A DNA stretch of 64,000 nt from Chrysomallon squamiferum (Eukaryota; Animalia; Mollusca): NCBI GenBank assembly GCA_012295275.1, contig CM022676.1, positions 3,782,001 through 3,846,000 on the forward strand. The letters are read 5' to 3'. The notes beneath the pieces were generated by a model that saw only the letters and a program-made list of their open reading frames with translations, ran no database searches and was not told the origin of the DNA. Positions 48,358 through 64,000 of the stretch are shown one piece after another (the stretch's first letter is position 1; each line of letters begins with the position of its first letter). The translations under genes were made by a program, and so were the position numbers.

Positions 48358-48992
48358 ATGGCTGTCATTTCGTTCTGTTTTTTCTTTATTACTACTGTCA
48401 CAGGTAAGAATATTAGATGATTTCTTTAATATGATTTGTGTATTTGTTGTTTGTTTATAGTATATACAGATAAGAATAGAATATAATTTCATTAATCTGT
48501 TTTATCTAATTCCTTCTTGCTTTAGATAAAGATAAAACTATAATGTAATTAACATGTATTATTTATTTAACAATATAATTATTTCTTGTTTTTATTTTTT
48601 TTATTTTCCTTTCTTTTGGGTTAGATACTAAAATACATGGTCGCGCACAATCACGTTTATCATTTTAAAACCTAAATATTTTTTTTTTTAAATATTATTA
48701 TTTTTTTATATTATATTTTCTCTCTTTCTTTCAATGGTATTTAAAAAAGATTTTAAAGATTTATTACTGAGAAGTACCTGACAGAGGAAAGATAAAAGGT
48801 TTTTCAATTCGATTTTCAAAACAACCATTCCATTTTACAAGCAGATAATTTTCTTGTTTACTCTTTCTTTTTATTTTATTTATTTATTTATTTATTTTAT
48901 CGTTTAAGTCTTCGATTGTTTATATATTAACCCTTTCTAAAAAGAGAAAATGCAGTCAGAATACAGAATTATTTTATAGGGGGTTTTGTCGG

Positions 48993-49081
<89 letters not shown>

Positions 49082-49087
49082 GTGCCT

Positions 49088-49146
<59 letters not shown>

Positions 49147-49557
49147 TAGGGTTGGAAAACCTTGCAAAAGGTAAATACGCACAACAAAGTTCAACAGCTG
49201 GAGATGCTGTTGCCTCGAGAGCCGTGGACGGAAACACAAACCCCTATTTAGACGGCGGATCTTGTTCATCTACTCACGTCCAACCATCTTGTTGGTGGAG
49301 AGTGGATCTAGGTCGTGTTTATTCTATATATAGGATAAAAATAACAACAAGTAAAGATGGTATGTACTAACTTGTTTTATCACTTTCACTACTGGAGCTA
49401 CAATCACTATTACCACCATTACAACAATTTCCATCACCACTACTACTACTACAATTACGGTGTCTGCAACTGCTATTACTACGATTACAGTTAGTATCAC
49501 CACTATAGCTACTGCTAGTATTACTACCATTCCCACTACTGATACGCTTAGTAATGC

Positions 49558-49625
<68 letters not shown>

Positions 49626-50426
49626 TTGATTTATTTATTTATCTATCTATCTATCTGTTTATCTATCTATCTATCTATATATCTATATATCTGTATACTT
49701 ATTAATTTATTGATTTATTTTTATTGTAATAAAGTTACTTTATTTTTTTAATTCTTTTCCGTTCTTTTCAGTTTTAGGTCCTGAAATGCCTAAAATGTAC
49801 GTGTGGTTGTCTACCGGGGTAGGAAAGGCTACCGTGTTTGTAAACTATCTTTTACCTATACCTGTCGGTGACGTCGTGGATGTCGTTCGTCCTGAGAGAA
49901 TGAGAGGCAGACATGTTAGTATAACCATCCATCACCACGATGAGAGATATCAAACGAATCTCACTTTATGCGAGGTGGAGGTATATGGAGCAGACGAACG
50001 TACGTGTATCTGAATTGTCAATGATTAAGTGTCTGTGCTAGTTTGAAGCGTATGTATGTACGCATTTAATGTATACATAATCTGTATGTATGTGTGTGTA
50101 TGTACGCAGTTAGGTATGAATAATTTCTGTTTTATATACACCTGATTACTCTCTGAACACAGAAAATATTTGGGAACGCTGTGAAATAGAAGGACAAAGT
50201 ACAGTCACAATCTCATGTGTTCTGTGTTATGGTGTGTTTGTGTGTGTTGATGTTGATAATGTGTTCTGATTTACCTGTTGTGCATATCCACCTGCATTTT
50301 GTGTTTATATATGTATGCATGTGTTTGTCGCTTCTATATGCATTCGACTAATATTAACATCACCATCAGGTTTATCCTCATCATCATTATTATTACTATT
50401 ATGATGATTATCATCATTATCATTAT

Positions 50427-50459
<33 letters not shown>

Positions 50460-50471
50460 GACTACTACTAC

Positions 50472-50508
<37 letters not shown>

Positions 50509-50726
50509 TTACAGAATACTTTACACTGGATAACAGACGGGGTGCGTCACTGGAGATATTACGTCATCAAACAAGAAGTCAACTAGAATGTGCTCAGTCG
50601 TGTCTCTCAAAGGAAATATGTCTCTCGTTTCTTTGGAGTATGACAACTAGGAAATGTTTGTTATACTCAGATAAACCTACAAATACGTCAGTCACTGACA
50701 ACCTCGTAGGTTTTGTGTCAGTGTGA
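48358..50726 (+). CDS. Copy 9: secreted F-type lectin-like + PAN/Apple protein (~229 aa)
   Basis: Exons 48358-48403, 49150-49359, 49778-49999, 50515-50726; open frame. Confidence 0.88.
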
Positions 50727-51073
50727 CTCTTATGTTAACTGTTGGCAAAGACTAACGTCAGACTAATGTTTTAAATTTTACTGTCGCTAAATGTTTACGT
50801 CATAGTTCTGTGCTAATTTAAAATCGTTTTGTTGTGTTTTAATCTTCACGTCACTGTTTTCTGTTCAGTGTTGACGTCATGAAGCTTCATCGATATTTAC
50901 GTAATATTGTTGTAACTAATTACTGTACAGTTTACTTAACGAAATGAATTTCAGAGACTTTGTTATGTACACATGTACTCGAAATACAGACTGTCCCCTC
51001 CTTATATGAGTATTTTGTTTTAATAGAAATATTATTATTTTTACTACTACTATTATTATTATTATTATTATTG

Positions 51074-51139
<66 letters not shown>

Positions 51140-51718
51140 ATAAATTCAAAGAGGAAATGATGTGTGATCATAATCAGACCGTCACAGTTGTTATTTCTAC
51201 ATAAACAGGCATCATTAGAAATTACTTTTTTAGTAGTAATAAAAGTAAAATCCATTAAACCAGTTATGACTTTCTATAGGAGCCACAACAAGAACAAAAA
51301 ATAAAAAAAGGAGAAAAAAGAAAAAGAAAAAGAAAAGTTGCAAAGAATGTAATTTCACAGAAAGAAATAAAGAAAGAAAATCAAATCCCACTTAAAAAAC
51401 AACTTGAATAATTTCATTAACTTACTTTCAATACAGACTGATTTATTATGTATAGACTAAAAAAAGTTATGTTTTCTTACGGCGTATATAATAACTCTTT
51501 ATTTGTTTAGTAAACATACAATGATCCCGTATTTGTGTTGCAAAACTGAATAACCTGGCGTATATTATATGCCTACTGTATTTTTCTCTCTACTTTAAGC
51601 CTACAGATTATGATAATAAATAATGTTGACAGTGTCTTTACATCAGTATTATGATCTATTTGTTGTTATTGTCAGCACGTTTCTTAGTTCTGCAGATTAA
51701 ATTTATTTCTTTATATTA

Positions 51719-51762
<44 letters not shown>

Positions 51763-52647
51763 GTAGTAGTAGTAGTATTATTATTATTATTATTATTATT
51801 ATTTTTTGATGTATGCAAATAAGCACAGATTAGTTTAAATACAAAAGAGTCTAATGACAATTAGTTTGACTGCTTTGTCTTTGTTTTATTGGGTCAGCAT
51901 TTAATTACATATTTGAATCAGAAGAAATAAAATGAATGAATTTAAAAAGTAGCGTGACAGAACATATCTTAATGTAATAAAAATAAATAAAAATAAAAGG
52001 TAATACAACAGAACATAACGATGGTAAAATACTTCAACCTAATAGAACATAATATGACATAACACAAATAATAATAATAATAATAATAAACAAATAAATA
52101 AATAAATAAATAAATAAACAAGCAATAAAAATGATAAGATCAAGATATGAAATTTAAGAAAAATGTATAGATGAATGAATAAATAAAGAAACAAACAAAC
52201 ATAATAACTAATTTAATAAATACACACACATACGTAGATACATATATACATACATACTTACATACATACATTAATAAATGAATGAATGAATACATCAATA
52301 AACAAATTTAAGAAAAACATAATTAAATAAATGAAATGAAAGAAAATAAATAAAGATATGAAATACAACAACCATACTGAAAAAAAAAAATGAAATAAAA
52401 TAAAATAAATACATAAGTAAAAAATAAAGAGAGAAAGAACAAATACTAAAGAATTTGTCCAACATTTTATTATGCATGCACATATAAGAACGAATGAAAT
52501 TACATAAAGAATTTTAGTTCAGTAAATGAAATACGTACGATTTAAACTGATTTAAACTGAGGCAAAAAAAAAAAAAAAAAAAAAAATTAAAAAGAAGAAT
52601 GAGACAATGCTGTAGTTTTATGCTTGTAAGATTTCAATGTTTTATTA

Positions 52648-52695
<48 letters not shown>

Positions 52696-52849
52696 TTTAT
52701 TTCTGTTTTTTAAATCTTTCATGACGTTTCCGTATACATAATCCAATTGCTGAATTCAGCTCTCTGAAACAGAAAAAATAAAAGGAAAAATGAAAGGAAA
52801 AATAATCACTGTTAACTTTCATGTTTCATATTTTTAATATTTTCTTTCC

Positions 52850-53480
52850 TTATCAGAGTTATCGATCTTGATGCACTGAAATGAACACGTTTAAGTCCGC
52901 GATTAATCAGAGAAGCAAACAGAAACCGGAAGTAAGGAAACCAGACGATATCAACGGGATTTTGTTAAACTTAAGAAAGTGTTTGCGGTCAAGATTAGAT
53001 AAAATTAACTAAAGTTTCTTTGGTAACATAAAAAAGAAGTTTTACGTAAAAGCAGATATCATAAATAAAAGAATGACTTACGGTAATCGCATATAACACC
53101 TTAGTATTTAAGGTGTAAACGGAGGTATATTGGAAGAAACGCTGTGCTAAAATTTCTTAAGATTAAAGACATGAATACGATCGTTATATCGTAACTTATT
53201 CTCATTGGCTGTTTCGAAATAAATCTTGTTACATTTCAGGTAACTAAAAAGGTTTAATATAAACAATATTTGAAAAGAAAGAATCGATCTGAAATTAAAT
53301 TCACAGTTAATACAAAACTGCGGAGATAGGTTCAGTATAAATATGAGTTTATAGGTAAACTGTCTCTGCTCCTGATTACTTAGAAATAATCTAAACACTC
53401 AGCACGAACGATCCTCTTTATCTGGAATAGCTAACACGCAGAGTAAACTCTGGTAGATTTGTTTTAAACAAGTGCAAATC
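52850..53480 (+). promoter_or_regulatory. Conserved upstream non-coding module (putative promoter) of the gene family
   Basis: Blocks ttatcgatcttgatgcactgaaatgaa, ctcATTGG (reverse CCAAT), aaagaatcgatctgaaattaa and tctctgctcctgattact recur, with some blocks missing or mutated in individual copies, upstream of exon 1 in copies 3-12 (e.g. 14080-14270, 20830-21100, 40690-40860, 43860-44160, 47760-48040, 57190-57460, 60480-60740). ETS consensus ACCGGAAGT at 52925. Confidence 0.55.
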
Positions 53481-53569
53481 ATGGCTGTCATTTTCTTCTG
53501 TTTTCTCTTTATAACTACTGTCACAGGTAAGAACATTTGATTGTTTTATTAATGTGTATTAAGTGCAAA

Positions 53570-53611
<42 letters not shown>

Positions 53612-53920
53612 CAGGATTGGAAAACCTTGCAAAAGGTAAACCCGCAGAACAAAGTTCAACAGCTGGAGATGCTGTTGCTTCGAGAGCCGTGGACGGAAAC
53701 ACAAACCCCTATTTAGCCGGCGGATCTTGTTCATCTACTCAGATCAATTCGGAGTCTTGGTGGCAAGTAGACCTAGGTTATGTTTATTCTATACACAGAA
53801 TAAGAATAACAACAAGTAAAGACGGTACGTTTTAACTTGTTTTATTACCACTACTATTTGAATTATTGCTACACATGCTACCAGTGCTATTGCTTACTGC
53901 TGCAACCACTTCGCTTATTG

Positions 53921-53987
<67 letters not shown>

Positions 53988-54485
53988 AGTTACTATGACT
54001 ACTAATCTTACGATAACTTCGATTACTGTTTGTAGCATCGATTTATTTATTTATTTATTTATTTATTTACTTTGCTACATCAGACGGTCTCTGAGCCGAG
54101 TATACTTACTAATATCTATTTTCTATCTATCTATCTATCTATCTATAATTCTGTCTGTCGATCTCTATACTTTCTGTCAGCCTATCTGTACGTCTGTCTG
54201 TCTTTATTTTCTTACAGGTCCGCCGCCGTCACATCTATTCGTTGGGGCATCCGCCAGAGATGGCGTCACTGAAAGGTTTTATTTCAACGGAGGCACCCTC
54301 GCTGTTGGCGAAGTGGTGGACGTCGAAAAATCACGCCCAGTCAGAGCGAATAACATATTTATGGACACTGTGTACGACTGGGACAAGCCGAAAAATTTGA
54401 CACTGTGTGAGGTGGAAGTGTTCGGAGCGTTGGAACGTACGTATAAATAATTACTTTATTATTATTATTATTGTTGTTGTTGTTG

Positions 54486-54538
<53 letters not shown>

Positions 54539-54765
54539 GTTGTTATTTTACAGAATACTTTAGACTGGATAACAGACGGGGTGCGTCATTGGAGATATTA
54601 CGTCATCAAACGAGAAGTCAACTAGAATGTGCTCAGTCGTGTCTCTCAAAGGAAATATGTCTCTCGTTTCTTTGGAGTAAGACAACTAAAGAGTGTGTGT
54701 TGTACTCAGACAAACCTACAAATACGTCAGTCACTGACAACTTCGTAGGTTTTGTTTCAGTGTGA
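53481..54765 (+). CDS. Copy 10: compact secreted F-type lectin-like + PAN/Apple protein (~228 aa)
   Basis: Exons 53481-53526, 53615-53824, 54218-54436 (GPPPSHLFVG...[11 protein letters not shown]), 54554-54765; introns of 88, 393 and 117 nt. Confidence 0.9.
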
Positions 54766-55083
54766 CTCTTATGTTAAAGTTTAATGTAACTGATGGCAAA
54801 GACCGGGGTTAGACTAATGTTTTAAATTTTACTGTCGCTAAATGTTTACGTCATAGTATTGTGCTAATTTGAAATCGTAGTGTTGTGTGTTAATCTTCAC
54901 GTCACTGTTTCCTGCTCAGTTTTGACGTCATAAAGCTGCATCGATCTTTACGTAATACTGTTGTAACTAATTACTGTACAGTTTACTTAACGAAATAAAT
55001 TTCAGAGACTTGTTAATTGCACACGTACTCGAAATACAGACTGTCCCCTCCTTATATGAGTACACTGCTTTACCAAAAAAATA

Positions 55084-55128
<45 letters not shown>

Positions 55129-56644
55129 CATTAAAATAAATAAATAAATAAATCCAAAGAGGAAATGATGTGTGATCATAATCAGACCGTCACAGTTGTT
55201 TTTTCTACATAAACAGGCATCATTAGAAATTCTTTTTTTTTACAGAAATAAATGTAAAATCCATTAAACCAGTTATGACTTTCTATAGCAGCCAGAAAAA
55301 AAAAAAAAAAAAAAAAAAAAAACTAGGAGGAGGAAAAGAAAGAAAATTAAAAAAAAAAAGTTTCAAAGAGTGTAATTTGACAGAAAGAAAAAAGAAAGAA
55401 AAAATAATAATAACATTAATAAATACAATAGATATAGTAGTAATTCAGAATCGAATCCTAGGTTTGTATATTTAATGACATTGATATTGTAAAATCCCAC
55501 TAACGAAAGAGCTGTAATAAATGTTTTCACTTACTTTCTATACAGACTGATTTATTATGTACAGACTAGAACATTTGTATTTTCTTAAGGAGTATATAAT
55601 AACTTTTTATTTGTTTAGTAAACATGCAATCATCCCGTATTTGTATTGCAAAACTGAATAACTGGTCGTATATTATATACGTGTTCTGTATTTTTCTCTC
55701 TACTGTAAGCCTACAGATTATGATAATAAATAATGTTGACATTGTTTTTGCATCAGTATTATGATCTATTTGTTGTTATTGTCAGCACGTTTCTTGGCTC
55801 TGTAGATTAAATATTTGTCATCTGCTTCCTTAAATAAATTAAATTCTCGTTTCCTTTTTGTTTCATTTATTTATTTACTAATTTAATTATTTTACTCTTT
55901 TGTCTTTGTTTTATTATTATTTATTATTTATAGAAGAAATAAAATAAATGAATTAAATAAATAAATAAATAAATAAACAAGCAATAAAAATGACACGTAA
56001 GATATTGTATTAAGAATATCACAACATAAAGTAACATATAATAATGCCATAACAAAGAAAATCGTAGAATAGCGTCCATCACTTCAATGCTCTGAAAGAT
56101 ATCGGCAATGCATATTTGCACAGTTTTTTAAACAGTAAATAGTTTTAACAACTCAAGACTAATATTAATAGATAATGGAAACACACTTACACAGAAAAGA
56201 AAATAGATCCAGATAAGAAATTTAAGAAAAATGTATAGATGAATGAATAAATAAAGAAACAAACATAATAACTAAATTAATAAATACACACACACATACG
56301 TAGATACATACATACATACGAACATACATACATACATTTATAAAAAAATAAATGAATGAATACATAAATAAACAAATTAAAAAAAACCATAATTAAAAAA
56401 ATGAAATGAAAGAAAATAAATTACATACATAAGTAAAAAATAAAGAGAGAAAGAAAAAATCCTGAAGAATTTGTGCAACATTTTAATGTGCATGCAGATA
56501 TAACAACGAAAGAAATTACATAAAGAATTATAGTTCAATAAATAAAATACATACGACTTTACTGAGGCAATCAAAAAAAAAAAAAAAAAAAAAAGAAAGA
56601 AGAATGAGGTAATGCTGTAGTTTTATGCTTGAAAGTTTTCAATG

Positions 56645-56714
<70 letters not shown>

Positions 56715-57527
56715 GTATTTTACTGTATTTTTTTTAAATCTTTCATGACATTTCCATATATATCGTCCAGTTGCTGATTTCAGCTCTCTGAAACAGAAAA
56801 AAATAGAAGGAAAAATGAAAGGAAAAATAATCTCTGTTACCTTTCATATTTCATATTCTTAATATTTTCTTTCTTTACCTGAGTTATCGATCTTGATGCA
56901 CTAAAATGAACACGTTTAAGTCCGCCATTAATCAGAGAAGCAAACACAAACCGGAAGTAAGGAAACCAGACGATATCAACAGGATTTTGTTAAACTTAAG
57001 AAAGTCTTTGCGGTCAAGATTGGATAAAATTAACTAAAGTTTCTTTCGTAACATAAAGAAGAAGTTTTACGTAAAAGCAGATATCATAAATAACAGAATA
57101 ACTTAATGTAATCGCATATAACACCTTAGTGTCTGAGGTGTAAATGGAAGTATATTGGAAGAAACGCTCTGCTGAAACTTCTTAAGATTAAAGACATGAA
57201 TACGATCGTTATATCGTAAAGTAGCTTATTCTCAATGGCTGTTTCGAAATAAATCACTTGATACATTTCAGGCAACTAAAATAATTTAATAGAAACAAAA
57301 TTTCAAAAGAATGAATCGATCTGAAATTAATTTCACAGTTAATACGAAACTGCGGAGATTGGTTCAGTATAAATATGAGTTTATAGGTAAACTGTCTCTG
57401 CTCCTGATTACTTAGAAATAATCTGAACACTCAGCACGAAAGATCCTCTTTTTCTGGAATAGCTAACAGGCAGAGTAAACTCTGGGAGATTTGTTTTAAA
57501 CAAGTGTTGATTTCAGAAATACAAATC

Positions 57528-57802
57528 ATGGCTGTCATTTTCTTCTGTTTTCTCTTTATAACTACTGTCACAGGTAAGAACATTTGATTAATTTATTAAT
57601 ATGTATTAAGTGCAAAATCACGATCTTTCCAAATGGAGTGACCACAAGGTATTATCGCTTCCACCTTAATGTCAGAAATAGTCCATCGAGTCTATGAAAG
57701 TCTGTTGGTTTTAATTCTTACGTCAACTGAATAATACGGGAAAGTATGTAGTTACTACAACTTCCTATATACTCTTGCAGAGTTAATACTATTCTTCTGG
57801 TT

Positions 57803-57865
<63 letters not shown>

Positions 57866-58080
57866 TATTGTTGTTGTTGTTGTTATTTTCTTTTGAGGAC
57901 TGCTAAACGTTGCAAAAGGTAAACACGCACAACAAAGTTCAACAGCTGGAGATGCTGTTGCCTCTTTAACAACAAGTAAAGATGGTATGTTTTAACTTGT
58001 TTTATTACTATTACTATTTTAATTATTGCTGTATATATATAGAGAGAGAGGGACAGAGAGAGAGATAGAGAGAGACAGAC

Positions 58081-58112
<32 letters not shown>

Positions 58113-58545
58113 TGTGTCTCTGAGCCGAGAGGCCAAAATTAAGTACATTCATTTGACGTTTGCTAATATCTATATATCTATCTATCATTCTGTCTATCTG
58201 TCTACCTGTCTGTCTGTCTATCTGTCTATCTGTCTGTCTGTCTATCTATCTGTTTGTCTCTCTGTCTATCTATATATCTGTCTGTCTATCTATCTATCTA
58301 TGTATCTGTCTGTCTATCTGCCTATCTATCTATCTATCTGTCTGTCTATCTGCCTGTCTATCTCTGTACTTTCTGTCTGTCTCTCTATTTATCTGCCCAT
58401 TCAGAGCGGATCACATATATATGGACACTGTGTACGACAGGGACAAGCAGAAAAATTTGACACTGTGTGAGGTGGAAGTGTTCGGAGCGTTGGAACGTAT
58501 GTATAAATAATTACTTTATTATTATTATTATTGTTGTTATTGTTA

Positions 58546-58619
<74 letters not shown>

Positions 58620-58837
58620 TTACAGAATACTTTAGACTGGATAACAGACGGGGTGCGTCACTGGAGATATTACGTCATCAAACGAGAAGTCAACTAGAAT
58701 GTGCTCAGTCGTGTCTCTCAAAGGAAATATGTCTCTCGTTTCTTTGGAGTAAGACAACTAAAGAGTGTGTGTTGTACTCAGACAAACCTACAAATACGTC
58801 AGTCACTGACAACTTTGTAGGTTTTGTGTCAGAATAA
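57528..58837 (+). pseudogene. Copy 11: internally deleted copy (lectin domain gutted; signal peptide and PAN intact); pseudogene or PAN-only gene
   Basis: Exon 1 57528-57573 intact. Exon 2 57898-57984 is 87 nt (in-frame net loss of 123 nt, ...GDAVASLTTSKD). Exon 3 lacks its acceptor and 5' ~60%, remnant ~58395-58496. Exon 4 58626-58837 intact. Confidence 0.7.
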
Positions 58838-60803
58838 CTCTTATGTTAAAGTTCAACGTAAATGATGGCAAAGACCGACATTAGACTAATGTTTTAAATT
58901 TTACTGTCGATAAATGTTTACGTCATAGTATTGTGCTAATTTAAAATCGTGGTGTTGTGTGTTAATGAAAAGAAACGTGGCAAAAACTGTAATTTGACAG
59001 AAAGAAAAAATAATAATAACATTAATAAATACACCAGATATCGTAGTAATTCAGAATCATATCCTAGGTTTGTCTAATTAATGACACTGATATTGTAAAA
59101 TCCCACTAACGAAACAACTGTAATAATATCTTTCACATACTTTCTATACAGACTGATTTATTATGTACAGACTAGAACATTTATATTTTTTTTAAGGAGT
59201 ATATAATAACTCTTTATTTGTTTTGTAAACATGCAATGATTCCGTATTTGTATTGGAAAAGTGAAAAACCTGTCGTAATTGATACAAACATAATATGACA
59301 TAACACAAATAATAATGATAAATAAATAATGAAATAATGAAATAAATAAATAAATAAATAAATAAATAAACGAGCAATAAAATTGAAACGTAAGATATTA
59401 CATTAAGAATTCCACAATATAACGTAACAGAAAGTAATATAAATGATCTTAATTTTGTATAACATAACATATGGTAATGCCATAGCAATGAACATCATGG
59501 AGTAGCGTCCATCGCATAAATGTTGTAAAAAAGATATCGGTAATATTTTGTTTATAACAATAAAAAATACTTTACTGCAGCTTTCTTTGTCCTTTTCTTT
59601 CGTTTTTTTATTTTTTATTTAATTTATGTGTTTTATCAACTGAAGCCTAACATTAGTAGATTATACAAAAACACTTACACAGAACAAAACAATAAGATCC
59701 TGATATTAAATTTAAGAAAAAATGTATAGATGAATGAATAAAGAAACAAACAAATATAATGAATGAATGAATGAATAAATAAATAATTAAAAATTAAAAC
59801 AAACAAGCAAAAACATAATCAAATAAATAGAAGATAAATAAAGATACGAAATACAACAACCATAATGAAAAAAAAAAAAAAAAAAGCAGTGAAATAACAT
59901 AAAATAAATCAAGAAATCAAAAAAGAAAAAAAAAAAAGAAACGAAGAAAGAAAGAAAAACATCCTAGTAAATTTCTTCAACATTTTAATGTGCATGCAGA
60001 TATAACAACGAATGAAATGACATAAAGAATGTTAGTTCAATAAATAAAATACATACGAATCAATCAAGAAATAAAATAACTGAAGAATGAAGCAGTTGTA
60101 TTTTTATACTTGTAAGCTTTCACTTTTTTATTCTTTTTTCTTCATCAGACATGCATAGAGTTATCGATCTTGATGCACTGAAATGAACACGTTTATGTCC
60201 GCGATTAATCAGAGAAGTGAACACAAACCGGAAGTAAGGAAACCAGATGATATCAACAGGACTTTGTTAAACTTAAGAAAGTCTTTGCATTGAACCCTAG
60301 AAAAAAATTAACTGAAGTTTCTGCGGTAACACAAAGAAGAAGATTTACGTAAAAACAGAGATCGTAAATAAAAGAATTACTTACGTTAATCACATTTAAC
60401 ACGCAAGTATTTGTGGTGGTAAATGATGTATCACACACATTATTGAGATTGCAATAAACGTTCTGCTAAAATTACTTGAGACTAAAGACAGGAATACGAT
60501 CCTTACGTTGTCACTTGAGTTATTCTCATTGGCGATTTCAAAAGAAAACATCACATGGTACATCTCTCTGACAACTAAAATGATTTAATATACAACGGTT
60601 TGTAAAGAAAGAATCAATCTGAAATTAATTTCACAATTATTACGAACAAGCGGATGTTGATTCAGTCTGTGCTCCTGATTACTTGTAAAGAAAATAATCT
60701 ACACACATTGGACAAAAGATCTGCTCTTTCTGAACTAGCTAACACGCAGAGTTAACTCTGGTTCGTTTGTTCTAAACATCTGAAGATTTCACAGGCACAA
60801 ATC

Positions 60804-63196
<2,393 letters not shown>

Positions 63197-63501
63197 CTCT
63201 TATGTCAAAGTTTAATGTAACTGATGGCAAAGACCGTCGTTAGACTAATGTTTTAAATTTTACTGTCGCTAAATGTTTACGTCATAGTACTGTGCTAATT
63301 TAAAATCGGAGTGTTGTGTGTTAGTCTTCACGTCACTGTTTTCTGTTCAATGTTGACGTCATGAAGCTGCATCGATCTTTACTTAATACTGTTGTAACTA
63401 ATTACTGTACAGTTTACTTAACGAAATACATTTCAGAGACTTGTTAATTGCACACGTACTCGAAATACAGACTGTCCCCTCCTTATATGTTTTACCAAAA
63501 A

Positions 63502-63540
<39 letters not shown>

Positions 63541-64000
63541 CATTAAAATAAATAAATAAATAAATCCAAAGTGGAAATGATGTGTGATCATAATCAGACC
63601 CTAACAGTTGTTATTTCTACATAAACAGGTATCATTAGAAATTATTATTTTTACAGGAATAAATGTAAAATCCATTAAACCAGTTATGACTTTCTATAGC
63701 AGCCAGAAAAAAAAATAAAAAATAAAAAATAACTAGGAGGAGACGAAACAAGAAAATGAGAAGAAAAGTGGCAAAGAATGTAATTTGAAAGAAAGAAATA
63801 AAGAAAGAAAGAAAAAATAATAATAACATTAATAAATACAACAGATATCGTAGTAATTCAGAATCAAATCCTAGGTTTGTATATTTAATGACATTGATAT
63901 TGTAAAATCCCACTAACGAAACAACTGTATTAATATTTTTCACTTACTTTCTATACAGACTGATTTATTATGTACAGAATAAAAAAAAATATGTTTTCTT

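Overview
AT-rich, microsatellite-dense eukaryotic DNA, probably invertebrate and plausibly molluscan (inference). It carries a head-to-tail + strand tandem array of 12 copies of one 4-exon gene. Exon 1 is a 15-aa signal peptide (MAVIFFCFLFITTVT), exons 2+3 form an F-type lectin/fucolectin-like (F5/8 type C fold) domain, and exon 4 is a 4-Cys PAN/Apple-like domain; the product is about 226-233 aa. All introns are GT-AG phase 1. Nine copies look intact, copy 1 is cut by the window edge, copy 7 is a pseudogene with lesions in all four exons, and copy 11 has lost most of the lectin domain but keeps the signal peptide and PAN exon. The lectin domain has lost the canonical fucose-binding His/Arg/Arg triad. 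Variation is concentrated in exon 3 and one 6-aa loop of exon 2, while the 5' half of exon 2 and the PAN exon are nearly invariant even at synonymous sites. Short patches look like gene-conversion tracts, and a recent ~6.3-kb triplication created chimeric genes. The overall picture is a diversifying family of secreted recognition proteins with variable and constant parts. Most ORFs in the supplied track are microsatellite artefacts.
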